Assembly (NCBI GenBank): GCA_023140195.1
Contig: JAGLME010000032.1
Span: 52,220 to 116,219 of the forward strand
DNA length: 64,000 bases
Direction of reading: 5' to 3'
From: Thermoplasmata archaeon
GTDB taxonomy: Archaea; Thermoplasmatota; Thermoplasmata; RBG-16-68-12; SOIM01
The first letter of the stretch is position 1. Each line of letters starts with the position of its first letter. Position numbers and translations under genes: made by a program. Positions 19,136 to 29,002 of this stretch are shown in pieces. The notes below the pieces were generated by a model. It did no database searches. It worked only from the letters and a program-made list of their open reading frames with translations, and had not been told where the DNA came from.

Positions 19136-22100
19136 CTAACAGAAGTCATCCAGCTTCAGGTCCTGCACCTTGTCGTTGGTGAAAAGGGACTGAATGGCAA
19201 AGTCTATCAGTTCCAGTCTCTGCTGAAGGTAATTGGAGACGCCGTATTCCTCCGATATCTTCTTGGATAGCTCCAGATACTTCTTCACCGAGCCCTCGTG
19301 GACCGTCAAGGTGAGGTTGCCTCCGCACTTGGAGCATTTCCCCTCCAGTGGTATCCTCCGGAACTTGGCATTGCATTTTGTGCATCTCAGTTTCTGGTTC
19401 GAGAACGCGTTGAGGTTGCCAATAATGTCAGGAAGGAAATGGTGTACTACCATCCTGGAGACCACATCAGAAGCGTCCACCGCCCTTATCTTGCTCTGCA
19501 GCTCGAGCTGCTTCTCCATCTTCTCCCTCATCGACCCCGATGTGTACGCGGACTTCAGTGGACCGACCGCAATCCCTCCTGTCTGGTGTGTGAACCCGAA
19601 ACCTTCGTACTGCAGTACGGTCCCGATCCTGTCGCCAACCATGTTCACAAGGTGCTCCACGTCCTTAGGATTGGTGAATTTCATGGTCTCCTCGTAGAAC
19701 TCCAGAGGATATGACGTTTCAAGGTCCACGTGGTGCGCTTCCTTGTCTATCTCGTCCGGGTCGATCCTCAAGGTCAGAACGAGGGGTGCATCCATCAAGC
19801 CTCCTCGCTTCTCGGGCAGGAATGACCGACTGAAGTTTATTAGGCCGTCCAAAAGGAGCATCACGCAGTCCTCATCACCGTCACAGTTCCTTCTTTTGGC
19901 AGCATGGAAATACGGGTGCGCATATCCCACCCTCGCATCGGTGTAACCTATGAGCCTAGCCAGGACGCCGCTGGACGTGTGGGGCGCCAGTCCGACGATC
20001 ATGTGTCCGATGAGGTCCTCCTTCTTCTCCGCCTTGTAGAAGGGTTCTATCCCGTACACTTTCTCCAGAAGGTCGTCTATGAAGCGGGATATCTTGACCA
20101 TGTATATGCCACATGTCGATGAAGCAACGAAGTCCTGCGGACGGAGCTCGACCAACTGGTCCTCATCCTCTATCGGTTCCCCGTTGACATCCTTCTCGTA
20201 TCCCAGCTCCTTGAGGCGGGTGAGGCTCAATCCGATCTCCGCCGGCTTGAAATGTGTCAGTGGGACGTCCGTCATGTCGAACCTGCACGTACCGTCCTTG
20301 AACACGTAGACCTTGTTCTTGGCCCTCAACATGCCTTTCTCCAGAGCCTCAGGCGTCTTATCCTTCGATATCATGCCCTTGACTCCCTTGATATTCGGGA
20401 CGTCAATGATGCCCAGTCTGTCCTTCGCAGAATTGTAGATCTTGTCCAGCTCTATCTCCATGGGTTTCGGGTCACCGATCGGCTTCGTGTGTCCACCGCA
20501 CGTGCATTTCGAGAGTGACCATCTCTTGCCGCACTCCTCGCATCTGCGTGTTCCGACCTCTATCTTGATCCTCCCTTTGGAAAGCGCCTGCTGCAGCAGA
20601 CGTTGGGGCCCGCCGGCGATTCCCACTGGGAACAGGGAGTGCGGAGGCGGCTTCATCTTCCTCTCCTTGGCCTTCTCCGGTCGGGCCATCCTCGCTCCGA
20701 TACGGGTGCCGGACCTGGGTCTGATCTTGACCCCTGAGAGCTTCGAGACGTACTCGATGGGGTCTTCTCCATCCGCTTGGACCTTGGAGACGAGCGTCGA
20801 ACCATCCACTTCCAATCCGAGGCATCTGACCAGCGGATAGGAGTATTCGCCAAGCACCAGATTGTCCCCGTCAACCTTGTGGGTTGCGCCCAGTGATATC
20901 AGTGATTCCTTGATCTCCTCTTCATTTGGCAGTTTCAATCGACCTTCTTCATAATTACCGTTCTTCTCAATGGTCTCCGCCAGCTTCTTCAGATCCTCAA
21001 CCTCTAGGTCATGCCAGAACAGGTTGTACATCGGATGCAGGGGGATCTTGAGCTCTTCTGCCAGCTCGAACGCCCGCTCAGGTGTGGGCGATTCCCAGTC
21101 ATCGGGCAGCTCCTTGCATTCCTTCAGCATTTCCTGCTGATACCACTCCAGACAATACGAACCCGGGACCAGAACATGGTTGTTCTCCAGGAACTCCCCA
21201 TAGGGTATGAGAAGTTCTCCCAGGTCGGTGATCTCCTCTATCTGGTCTGCGAGGCGTTTAGCTTCCTTGTGATCGTCAATCCTGATGAAATCTCCGTTCT
21301 TCAGGACAACTAGGGGACCTTCGATGTGATCGCAGGGTGTGACCGCTCCAGCTTTCCCCGGTCTCTCGATTTTCATCTGGGTGCCGACGGCAATGAACTC
21401 ACCCACGATCGTCATGGTCGCTGGATTGACTCCCAAAGCCGCTAGACCTGTAGCTCTGGTCCTGCCGTACCTCAAACGGAACCCACCCTTCCTGCTTGGA
21501 TGCGACAGCACCGGTCGTCCGGCGATTATGTTGCTGATGTATTTGTAGTCCGGCGTTATCTCGACCTTCTCTTCGTCCTTCTCGATCTTGCGCTTGAGAT
21601 ACTTCCCAACGAAGTCCCATCCGTCTATCTTCAGCTTGTTGACATGCTTCGCTATCTTTGGGGCCTTCAGGCACAGACCTTCGGCAACAACGAGACACGC
21701 CCCACCTCTCACCCGGTTGGTCTCTATCCTCGGCAGGTCACGATGTCCAGATATCTCCTCTTCCTCGGTTCCTTCTCCATTGATGCACACCGGGCAATTA
21801 CCCACCATCAGCTCGATCTCCTCGCTAGTTGGTGTGTACTGGAGGTGCTGTGAACGCTTGTAGAGGGGTATCTCCTCCTTGAAACGCTCAACTTCCTCTT
21901 TGGAGGGCTTGTATTCGCCAATACCAAGATCTCTCCTGACCACATCCGCTATTAGAACGCTCATCGCCTGACCGGTTCCTCCCGCGGAGCGTATGGGTCC
22001 TGCGAAGTAGATGTCCGCATACGTGCTCCCGTCCGGGTTCCTCCCGATCTTGACCGCACCCACGCCTTCAAGCGGTGCTACGAGAATACCTTCCGTGAGT

Positions 22101-22513
22101 ATTGCCAATCCCGTGCGTATCGCCTTGTCGAGAGCCTCCTCTTTTCTACCCTTGTACCTCTTAGCGATCTCTCTAGCTATTTGGAGGGAAACCTCTTCTC
22201 TATCCATCTTCGTGCTGAGCTCTCTTATCCTCCTCGAGATGCCCTTTATGGTGTGATCGCCAAGGAGTTCCTCCACCCTTGAGGCAAGGTCCTCAGCCTT
22301 TGGGATCTCAACGTAGAGCTGAGGATCGAATCCTTTCTTCCTGGCCTTTTCGGCAACCTTGTAGCACTTGGCCGCTGCCCCCTCCAGGCCCTTGAAATAG
22401 TCCTTTATCTCTTTGCTGGCTATTATCGCCATACCATCCCTTGTCGTTCCCCGGAAAAGCAGACCAATATGCGGTAGGGTTTGTATAAATATATCGTTGA
22501 GACTTGGAGACAT
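19136..22513 (-). CDS. polC: DNA polymerase II (PolD) large subunit DP2. The ATG one codon inside the TTG-initiated ORF is the probable start.
   Basis: About 1125 aa. DP2-type N-terminal region, central catalytic domain and C-terminal C4 zinc finger (CTKCNAKFRRIPLEGKCSKCGG). No intein-sized insertion. Confidence 0.9.
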   Translation of the reverse strand: MSPSLNDIFIQTLPHIGLLFRGTTRDGMAIIASKEIKDYFKGLEGAAAKCYKVAEKARKKGFDPQLYVEIPKAEDLASRVEELLGDHTIKGISRRIRELSTKMDREEVSLQIAREIAKRYKGRKEEALDKAIRTGLAILTEGILVAPLEGVGAVKIGRNPDGSTYADIYFAGPIRSAGGTGQAMSVLIADVVRRDLGIGEYKPSKEEVERFKEEIPLYKRSQHLQYTPTSEEIELMVGNCPVCINGEGTEEEEISGHRDLPRIETNRVRGGACLVVAEGLCLKAPKIAKHVNKLKIDGWDFVGKYLKRKIEKDEEKVEITPDYKYISNIIAGRPVLSHPSRKGGFRLRYGRTRATGLAALGVNPATMTIVGEFIAVGTQMKIERPGKAGAVTPCDHIEGPLVVLKNGDFIRIDDHKEAKRLADQIEEITDLGELLIPYGEFLENNHVLVPGSYCLEWYQQEMLKECKELPDDWESPTPERAFELAEELKIPLHPMYNLFWHDLEVEDLKKLAETIEKNGNYEEGRLKLPNEEEIKESLISLGATHKVDGDNLVLGEYSYPLVRCLGLEVDGSTLVSKVQADGEDPIEYVSKLSGVKIRPRSGTRIGARMARPEKAKERKMKPPPHSLFPVGIAGGPQRLLQQALSKGRIKIEVGTRRCEECGKRWSLSKCTCGGHTKPIGDPKPMEIELDKIYNSAKDRLGIIDVPNIKGVKGMISKDKTPEALEKGMLRAKNKVYVFKDGTCRFDMTDVPLTHFKPAEIGLSLTRLKELGYEKDVNGEPIEDEDQLVELRPQDFVASSTCGIYMVKISRFIDDLLEKVYGIEPFYKAEKKEDLIGHMIVGLAPHTSSGVLARLIGYTDARVGYAHPYFHAAKRRNCDGDEDCVMLLLDGLINFSRSFLPEKRGGLMDAPLVLTLRIDPDEIDKEAHHVDLETSYPLEFYEETMKFTNPKDVEHLVNMVGDRIGTVLQYEGFGFTHQTGGIAVGPLKSAYTSGSMREKMEKQLELQSKIRAVDASDVVSRMVVHHFLPDIIGNLNAFSNQKLRCTKCNAKFRRIPLEGKCSKCGGNLTLTVHEGSVKKYLELSKKISEEYGVSNYLQQRLELIDFAIQSLFTNDKVQDLKLDDFC

Positions 22514-22590
22514 CAATTGTCTAGAATTGGGGTTCTGGCCAATACTCTTGACAAAAGTTTCTTATACACCACCTTCGTTGGAAAGGGAAG

Positions 22591-23466
22591 ATGAAGAAGA
22601 TCAAGAGCGGAATCTATGGTCTGAACGAGCTCATCGACGGGGGGATGAACGAGAACTCGACCACCGTCGTCATCGGTTCATCAGGTGCTGGGAAGACCAC
22701 CCTCGCAACCCAGTTCATCAGACGCGGTTTGGAGGATGGACAGGAAGGGATATTCGTCAGCCTCGATGAGAACAAGGAACAGATAATCAGAGAGGCGGTC
22801 GAGATGGGGTGGAGTGAGATCCTCGAGTATCTGGATGACGAGCTCTTGGTTTTCATTGACGCTTCTGGCAGGGAGTTCTCCAACTTCATCAAGAAGGAGT
22901 TGCCGGCATTCGTTTCAGACTGGAGCGGCTCCAAGGCCAGGATTGCCATCGACCCCCTCACACCCGTCATGTGGTCAACCAAGGACCCCTACGAGCAGAG
23001 AGACCTTGTCGGGTTCATGTTGAAGCAAACCAGAAAGGTCGGTACTGTCCTGTGCACCCTGGAGGAGCACGGAGGCACGAGCGATCTTTCGGGGTCCGAG
23101 ACCGTCATCCCCATGTACCTTTCTGACTGCGTCATCCATCTTCGCTACATCCCTCTTGAAGGCGGAGTGAGCAGAATGTTGAAGATTGTCAAGTGCAGGA
23201 GCAGCAGGCACAGCGAGCACTCTCATCCGTACTACATCATGAAGGGTCTGGGTCTGGTCGTGGAGAAAGGGGACTTCAAGACGCTCACAAGCAACGACAT
23301 ACCCTTAGAGATGAAGAAGAAGCTCGCGGAGAATAAAGACGATCTCCCTGAGAAGGTTTATGCAAGGTTGGAGAAGGTCCTGGACGAGCTCACCGACGGT
23401 GATTTCCGGGGTCTGAAGGCCGCTCACCTTGTGGACAGCATTCTCAATGAATACGCTGGTGAGTAA
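22591..23466 (+). CDS. KaiC-like / RecA-superfamily ATPase (single KaiC domain)
   Basis: Walker A (GSSGAGKTT) with a KaiC-type N-terminus (SGIYGLNELIDGG). The stop overlaps the start of the next gene (TAAATG). Confidence 0.8.
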   Translation: MKKIKSGIYGLNELIDGGMNENSTTVVIGSSGAGKTTLATQFIRRGLEDGQEGIFVSLDENKEQIIREAVEMGWSEILEYLDDELLVFIDASGREFSNFIKKELPAFVSDWSGSKARIAIDPLTPVMWSTKDPYEQRDLVGFMLKQTRKVGTVLCTLEEHGGTSDLSGSETVIPMYLSDCVIHLRYIPLEGGVSRMLKIVKCRSSRHSEHSHPYYIMKGLGLVVEKGDFKTLTSNDIPLEMKKKLAENKDDLPEKVYARLEKVLDELTDGDFRGLKAAHLVDSILNEYAGE

Positions 23467-24174
23467 ATGCCCGAGGGGGTTGGCAGAGCCCTCGAAAGGA
23501 TGGTCAAGCATAAGGAGCCCGATGAACGGGAGGGGAGGAGAGACGCTTCTCTTTTGATGAACGCTGTTAGGAGGAGACTTTTTGAGTATCTCTGCCTGCA
23601 TCCATGTTCTCATTTGTCTGAGATCTCGAGCGCCTTGAAGGTCTCGACAAACACCGCAAGATGGCATCTCCGCAAGCTCATTGGTGGGGACCTGGTCTCT
23701 AAGAGGAAATCCGGAGCCAGGACCTTGTATTACCCGTCCGATTTGATCTCTCTTGACAGTCTTGACGTATTCGAGTTCCTCAGCGACCGACGGATGAGAG
23801 AACTCTATCTGCTTTTGGTCGACAATCCTGGGTCCACCCAAAGCGATCTGGCCAAGTCATTGAAGCTCAGCAACCAGGCCGCGATAAGGGGGACGAAGAA
23901 GCTTGAGAATCTGGGTCTGGTGTCCAAGATACAGGACGGCGTATATGCCAGATACTTCCCAACCGACCTGCTGTCAAGGAAGAAAGAAGCTGAATCACCT
24001 AGAATGAAAGCTTTTCAGGACAGCATCCTCAAGAGGCTCCAGAGCGAAGGTCTGAAGCCTAAGATCATCAGGCGTGAATCCAGCTCGATCATGATCGAGT
24101 TCAGGCTCGCGTCCGAGAAAGGTCTTCTCAACGTCCCAACCGACCCTTTCTCCACTGCACTGGCTGCTGAATAA
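23467..24174 (+). CDS. Transcriptional regulator with two winged-helix (ArsR/MarR-like) DNA-binding domains
   Basis: Two HTH units (LSEISSALKVSTNTARWHLRKL; QSDLAKSLKLSNQAAIRGTKKLENLGLV). Tight coupling to the KaiC-like gene. Confidence 0.7.
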   Translation: MPEGVGRALERMVKHKEPDEREGRRDASLLMNAVRRRLFEYLCLHPCSHLSEISSALKVSTNTARWHLRKLIGGDLVSKRKSGARTLYYPSDLISLDSLDVFEFLSDRRMRELYLLLVDNPGSTQSDLAKSLKLSNQAAIRGTKKLENLGLVSKIQDGVYARYFPTDLLSRKKEAESPRMKAFQDSILKRLQSEGLKPKIIRRESSSIMIEFRLASEKGLLNVPTDPFSTALAAE

Positions 24175-24269
24175 CAACGTTTTGTTCGAATGAGTTCCGA
24201 TTTGTGGGCAAATCCGTTGATTTCAGGGCAATAAACCAATTATATACTCTGTGAAGGTAGATAGTCTGA

Positions 24270-27200
24270 ATGGAAGAGGATTTCCTCCAATGGATCTCCA
24301 TCATCCCTGGTGTTGGACCTCGAAGAGCAAGGCGTCTCAAGGAAGCTGGATTAACATCTCCCGAATCGATTCGGGAAGCTTCGATTGAAGAGATAGCACT
24401 GATTGAAGGGATTGGACGAGAGTTGGCCAAGCGCCTCAAGGATTATGCCGAAGAGATCGTTCAGTTGAAGGAAGATCAGGCCTTCCTGTTCATTTGTCCG
24501 GAGTGTGGAGCATTCATAAGCCGGACCGCCAGGAAGTGTGAGGTCTGCGGTGCGGCGATTGAGGAAGGAGAGCTAGATGAGACGGGACTGGCACCCGAGC
24601 CCGAGCTTGTCAGTGAGGAGGAAGAGACTCCAGAGTTGTTCATTTGTCCAGCGTGTGGCAGGTTCATCGGGAAGGATGTTCGGACGTGTCCACATTGCAG
24701 TGCATCCTTCGACGAGGAACCAGAGAGGGAGGAAGACCTCGAGAAGCTCATGTCGGAGCTTGAGAAACAACTGGAAGAACTTGACGAAGACATCAAGACC
24801 CCCTTGGAGGACCTCGATGAGTACCTGAAGGAGGAGCCTCTGGAGATCGAGCCAGAAGAGAAGAAGGCGATAACCAAGGACTTCCTGAAGAGATGGCAGC
24901 GTGTCAGCGAGGAGGAAGAACAGGAGGGAACCAGGAGGTTCGAGGAAGAGCTCCGGCATTACGACAGCCTGCTCGATGCCGACCCCACACTTCAGAGGGC
25001 CTGGGAGAAGAAGGCCGTCATTCTGGTTGAACTTGGCCGGTTCGAGGAAGCAATAGAATGCTATGATATGCTCACTGAGCTGGATCCTGATAGGGAGGAG
25101 GAGTACAAACTTGAAGTCCTTAACCTGGTCAAGGAGATCGAAGGGTTGGCCGGGGCCCCGGTCGAACCAGAGGAAGCTCCGCCGCTGGATGAGACGGAAG
25201 CGATAGAGGGGGCAGTCGCCCATTATGAAGAACTTCTGCGGATAGATCCCTCATTGAAGCAGGCCTGGCAGACCCGAGGAGAACTGTTGGAGAAGCTGGG
25301 CCGACACGAAGAGGCCGTTGCCAGCTATGACAAGGCCATAGAATGCTCCAAGCAAGAGAGATTGCTCGAGATAATGGACCTGGCAAGCCTCAGGAAGAAA
25401 GGCTTGATGGAAGGCCGGACCTCCAGCAAGGCCCTGATACAACGTATGGGCAGGACCAATGGCCTCGTGAACGGCATGGTCAACGGACGCACCAACGGGC
25501 GCGTCAATGGCATGGTCAATGGAAAGACCAACGGCCTCGTGAACGGAAGGGGCAGGGTCAACGGCATGGTTAACGGCCTTGTCAATGGTCTGATGGACGG
25601 CGAGGGCAGGGTCAACGGCATGGTTAACGGACTGGTTAACGGCCTTGTCAATGGTATGGGAAGGGTCAACGGGCTGGTGAACGGCCTGATCAATGGTAAC
25701 GGGCTGGTGAACGGGAGAGGCTCGAAGCGCATGCCCCGGTTCAGAACTGCTGGTGTGGGATGGACCAGATCCCTTGGAGCAATTGCGGCTGTCCTTTCAA
25801 TACTGATCATCGTGCCGCTTCTTATTGGCCTGATTTCTCCCCACGCGCTTCCCTCTCCGATAACGGTCGACGGCAATTTCGATGACTGGGCCGGCGTCCG
25901 TGCTTTTGCTGATGGTCCGTTGGATCAAACTGCCAATCCTGACGTGAATGTCATTTCGTACAAGGCCGAGATACACAGGAACACCGCATTCGTCTATGCC
26001 AAGGTCGAGGGTGTCATACTCAACGGTTCTGGGAGTCAAGGCGTTGATTCAATCTACGTGTTCATAGATAGGGACAATGACGCGGACACAGGATATCTTG
26101 TTGCGGGACTGGGTGCCGACAGTCTGATTGAAATCGGGGGATGGAACAACTCAATCGAGAAGAGCGCCTTCTACACCTTCTCTGAGGGCTTTGAGAGGGA
26201 TGACTGGAGCTCATTCCGAAGGGTCCAACGGGTGAGCAGCGCGATTGGAAGCCAGGAGTTCGAGACGGCGTTCGGAGTGAACGGCGTCAAGGATCCCCGG
26301 ATATTCGTCACGACCTCGGACAATGTCGGTAACTTCGACTTCTCTGACACAATAGTCAGTCCAAAGAAGGATGTGCTGAAGGTTGAACAGACCACCATTG
26401 CCCCTGAAGTCATCCCCGTGATCGCGCCTGTCCATTTCCTTAAGATCGATCTTGACGCACGAAACGGGGCTGCTCGCATCTCCCAGATGAACATCACCAA
26501 GAATGGCAATGTCCTCGATTCGTCTGTCGCAATCGAGCTCGGAATAGACTTCGACGGCGATGAAATCCCCGATCAGCAGGTTTCCTCGGCGGTGTTCTTG
26601 ACCGATATGGCAACATTTGATGTCGACCTCGAAGTGATCGGGGGAATGACATTGATCGTTACTGCGGCACTCACAAATACGGCACCCTCAGCCAACCTCG
26701 GGCTCGGTTTGACAGGAATGACCACCAACGCAACCGTTTCTATCATTGATGAGTTCATCACCAATGTCTATCTTGAAGCCGATCCGATCGTCACAATAGA
26801 TGGGGCATTCGGTGACTGGTCCTCCATCAACAGGGTCCAGGATGGCAATGACGATGTGGTAATGAAGGGCCAACCGACAGCTTGGATTAATGAGAACGTC
26901 GATATCAGGAGCTACGCGGTTGATGTTGGTACGGAAGCTTCATTCTATATGAACGTGGACGGAAATATGCTCGGAGGTGTGGACATACCGATCTTCAGGC
27001 GGAGGCCAAGCGTTTCCCCCGTATTCTTGGACAGCGACCGGGATTCTGTGCCCGATGACTTCGACTTTTACGATTTCGATTTCAACAACGATGCGATTCC
27101 TGACAGACAGACTGGCAATGACTTCGACGAGGACGACATCCTGGATTATCCCTTGGGATCTGACTATTGGCTCAATACCACGATACCCATTGACTTCCCG

Positions 27201-28901
27201 GCGCCTTATGCGAATATCAATGTCTCGGTTTTCATCGGCCCGGTGACATACCCGGTCGTGAAAGGTCTGGATACGCTCTCAGTATACATTGATGTCGATA
27301 ATGACACCACCACCGGACTCTCCATGATCCTGAACAGCCAATCATACGGAATGGACAACCTCTTGGTGGTATCCGGGAGGAACGGTATTGCTCATGTAGC
27401 AGGATTGTACGGGTTCGTCACTGGTCACATTCCCTGGGAATATGTGGAAGATATCTCCAGTCTAGCCTTCGATACCAGGTCGATGGAACTCTCTGTTCCT
27501 CTGACTTCCTTGCAGCTTAGCACCGGCTTCTCGGTGGTGTTCAATCTCATGGACTGGCAAGGCGATTTCGACGTCTCCGACCAGGCTACGGGTAGGTCTC
27601 GAAGCCCTTCCACTGGTACGAGATCTCCAGCTGGTGACAATGTCGTTTTCAACGAGATTTATTCAGTCACTGCAACAAATGAGTGGTTCGAACTTGTGAA
27701 TCCAACTTCCAGCGCAATCAACCTGAATAACTGGGCGGTCGAGATAAAGAGCAAAGGAAAATGGACAAACATCCACACTTTTGGCGCCGTGTCGATTGGA
27801 GCTTGGCTGAGCGGAAGTGAGTACTTGGACGTCGACCTGCCACAGAACTCCATCAAGGACAAGCCTGTGAACATCCGTCTATTGGACTCGACAGGGACTG
27901 TAGTGGATGAAACCAAGCTTCCCAAGCTCAAACCGGGGGAGAGCTGGGCTCGGCTCAAGGATGAAACAGATGGAAAGCCCGAGGACACGGACGATGACTC
28001 GACTGACTGGTATGTGTCTATATCACCAACAAAGGGCAAGTACAATGACAGGAAACGCCCGATAATAGCCGTGGAGAAGACCTCCAACACCGGAACTGCA
28101 GCTCCAGGGGATCTGATTACGTACACCATCTACTACAACAACACAGGGGATGGCATCTCGAAGGACATATGGATAAATGACACTCTACCATCAGAAGTCA
28201 CTTTCGTCTCCTCTTCTGAAACGCCCGTTGGGTCCTCCGGCAGCACATACTACTGGGAATTCACGAACGCCGCTCCCGGGTCATCAAACTCATTCACCGT
28301 GACCGTTCGAGCTAATGACGGACTTACGGACGGAACGGCGTTCAACAACTACGTGGAACTGGATTATACGGACGTGTTCCGGCAAGCCATGGAATGGTCA
28401 AGTTCGAACAAGACCATGGTCGTTGAGCGTCCGGTCATCTCTGTGATTAAGGTCTCAGACGTGTCCGATGGGGGGATTGGCGACACGATCACCTACACCA
28501 TCTATTACAACAACACCGGCAACGGGACGGCAGGCCATGTGTGGGTCAACGACACCATTCCGATCTTCACCACCTTCCAGTCTTCCAGCGTTCCCTACGA
28601 GTCCCAAGCCGGGCTGACTTATGTGTTCCACTTCTACGACGTGGCGCCCGGATCCAACTCGTTCACAATCTCGGTGACGGTCAACATGACGGCCCCAGAC
28701 GGAATCGACCTGGTGAACTTGGCTGTCTTGGATTACACCACCGCGAACGAATACCCCCTGGAAAGCAGCAGTGACACGGCCATCGTCCACGTTCCCGAGT
28801 TCGATGCCTTTCTTATCCCGATAATCAGCGTGGTCGTCATCTTCATGTGGAGGAACAAGAGGGCGAAGAAGCGCAAAGAAGAGGATTCTGAAAAAGAGTG
28901 A
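24270..28901 (+). CDS. Giant (1543 aa) chimeric membrane protein with a cytoplasmic N-terminal half and an extracellular C-terminal half. Cytoplasmic: HhH motif(s), two C4 zinc ribbons, acidic coiled-coil, TPR repeats and about 18 tandem xVNGx pentapeptide repeats. A single TM helix follows. Extracellular: repeated DUF11/CARDB-like beta-sandwich domains, a lamin-tail domain (LTD), then a C-terminal PEF-CTERM-like sorting signal (PEF + TM + Arg/Lys tail).
   Basis: HhH (IPGVGPRRARRLKEAGL; IEGIGRELAKRL). Zn-ribbons (FICPECG...CEVCG; FICPACG...CPHC). TPRs (AWEKKAVILVELGRFEEAIECYD). TM (LGAIAAVLSILIIVPLLIGLIS) after a KRMPRFR positive patch. LTD (VVFNEIYSV..EWFELVNPTSSAINLNNWAVE). DUF11-like (ITYTIYYNNTGDG...) twice. 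C-terminal VPEFDAFLIPIISVVVIFMWRNKRAKKRK. Own TATA box about 27 bp upstream. Confidence 0.8.
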   Translation: MEEDFLQWISIIPGVGPRRARRLKEAGLTSPESIREASIEEIALIEGIGRELAKRLKDYAEEIVQLKEDQAFLFICPECGAFISRTARKCEVCGAAIEEGELDETGLAPEPELVSEEEETPELFICPACGRFIGKDVRTCPHCSASFDEEPEREEDLEKLMSELEKQLEELDEDIKTPLEDLDEYLKEEPLEIEPEEKKAITKDFLKRWQRVSEEEEQEGTRRFEEELRHYDSLLDADPTLQRAWEKKAVILVELGRFEEAIECYDMLTELDPDREEEYKLEVLNLVKEIEGLAGAPVEPEEAPPLDETEAIEGAVAHYEELLRIDPSLKQAWQTRGELLEKLGRHEEAVASYDKAIECSKQERLLEIMDLASLRKKGLMEGRTSSKALIQRMGRTNGLVNGMVNGRTNGRVNGMVNGKTNGLVNGRGRVNGMVNGLVNGLMDGEGRVNGMVNGLVNGLVNGMGRVNGLVNGLINGNGLVNGRGSKRMPRFRTAGVGWTRSLGAIAAVLSILIIVPLLIGLISPHALPSPITVDGNFDDWAGVRAFADGPLDQTANPDVNVISYKAEIHRNTAFVYAKVEGVILNGSGSQGVDSIYVFIDRDNDADTGYLVAGLGADSLIEIGGWNNSIEKSAFYTFSEGFERDDWSSFRRVQRVSSAIGSQEFETAFGVNGVKDPRIFVTTSDNVGNFDFSDTIVSPKKDVLKVEQTTIAPEVIPVIAPVHFLKIDLDARNGAARISQMNITKNGNVLDSSVAIELGIDFDGDEIPDQQVSSAVFLTDMATFDVDLEVIGGMTLIVTAALTNTAPSANLGLGLTGMTTNATVSIIDEFITNVYLEADPIVTIDGAFGDWSSINRVQDGNDDVVMKGQPTAWINENVDIRSYAVDVGTEASFYMNVDGNMLGGVDIPIFRRRPSVSPVFLDSDRDSVPDDFDFYDFDFNNDAIPDRQTGNDFDEDDILDYPLGSDYWLNTTIPIDFPAPYANINVSVFIGPVTYPVVKGLDTLSVYIDVDNDTTTGLSMILNSQSYGMDNLLVVSGRNGIAHVAGLYGFVTGHIPWEYVEDISSLAFDTRSMELSVPLTSLQLSTGFSVVFNLMDWQGDFDVSDQATGRSRSPSTGTRSPAGDNVVFNEIYSVTATNEWFELVNPTSSAINLNNWAVEIKSKGKWTNIHTFGAVSIGAWLSGSEYLDVDLPQNSIKDKPVNIRLLDSTGTVVDETKLPKLKPGESWARLKDETDGKPEDTDDDSTDWYVSISPTKGKYNDRKRPIIAVEKTSNTGTAAPGDLITYTIYYNNTGDGISKDIWINDTLPSEVTFVSSSETPVGSSGSTYYWEFTNAAPGSSNSFTVTVRANDGLTDGTAFNNYVELDYTDVFRQAMEWSSSNKTMVVERPVISVIKVSDVSDGGIGDTITYTIYYNNTGNGTAGHVWVNDTIPIFTTFQSSSVPYESQAGLTYVFHFYDVAPGSNSFTISVTVNMTAPDGIDLVNLAVLDYTTANEYPLESSSDTAIVHVPEFDAFLIPIISVVVIFMWRNKRAKKRKEEDSEKE
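25450..25725 (+). repeat. In-frame 15-bp tandem repeat array (~18 copies) encoding (L/M/R)VNG(x) pentapeptides within the 24270..28901 CDS
   Basis: Consensus ggc-(m)tg-gtc/a-aac-ggc repeated. Protein: NGLVNGMVNGRTNGRVNGMVNGKTNGLVNGRGRVNGMVNGLVNGLMDGEGRVNGMVNGLVNGLVNGMGRVNGLVNGLINGNGLVNG. Confidence 0.75.
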
Positions 28902-29002
28902 GGGTGGCTGACAGCTTTCCATGAGCCAAAAGGCCGTTAAGACAGCGCGGTTTACCGACAACCATTGGCCGAAGCCGCCGGAAGCCAGATCCCGCACCTA
29001 GG

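Noticed and set aside
25440-25730. Short, regularly spaced direct repeats that might suggest a CRISPR array
   Set aside because: The period is 15 bp, with no spacers. The array is in-frame within a long CDS and encodes a pentapeptide repeat. No cas genes are nearby.
28902-29002. GC-rich structured ~100-nt segment between the giant gene and the 5S rRNA; considered as a tRNA or SRP/RNase P fragment
   Set aside because: No cloverleaf, T-loop or conserved SRP/RNase P motifs could be found by eye. It is left unannotated and noted under the 5S finding.
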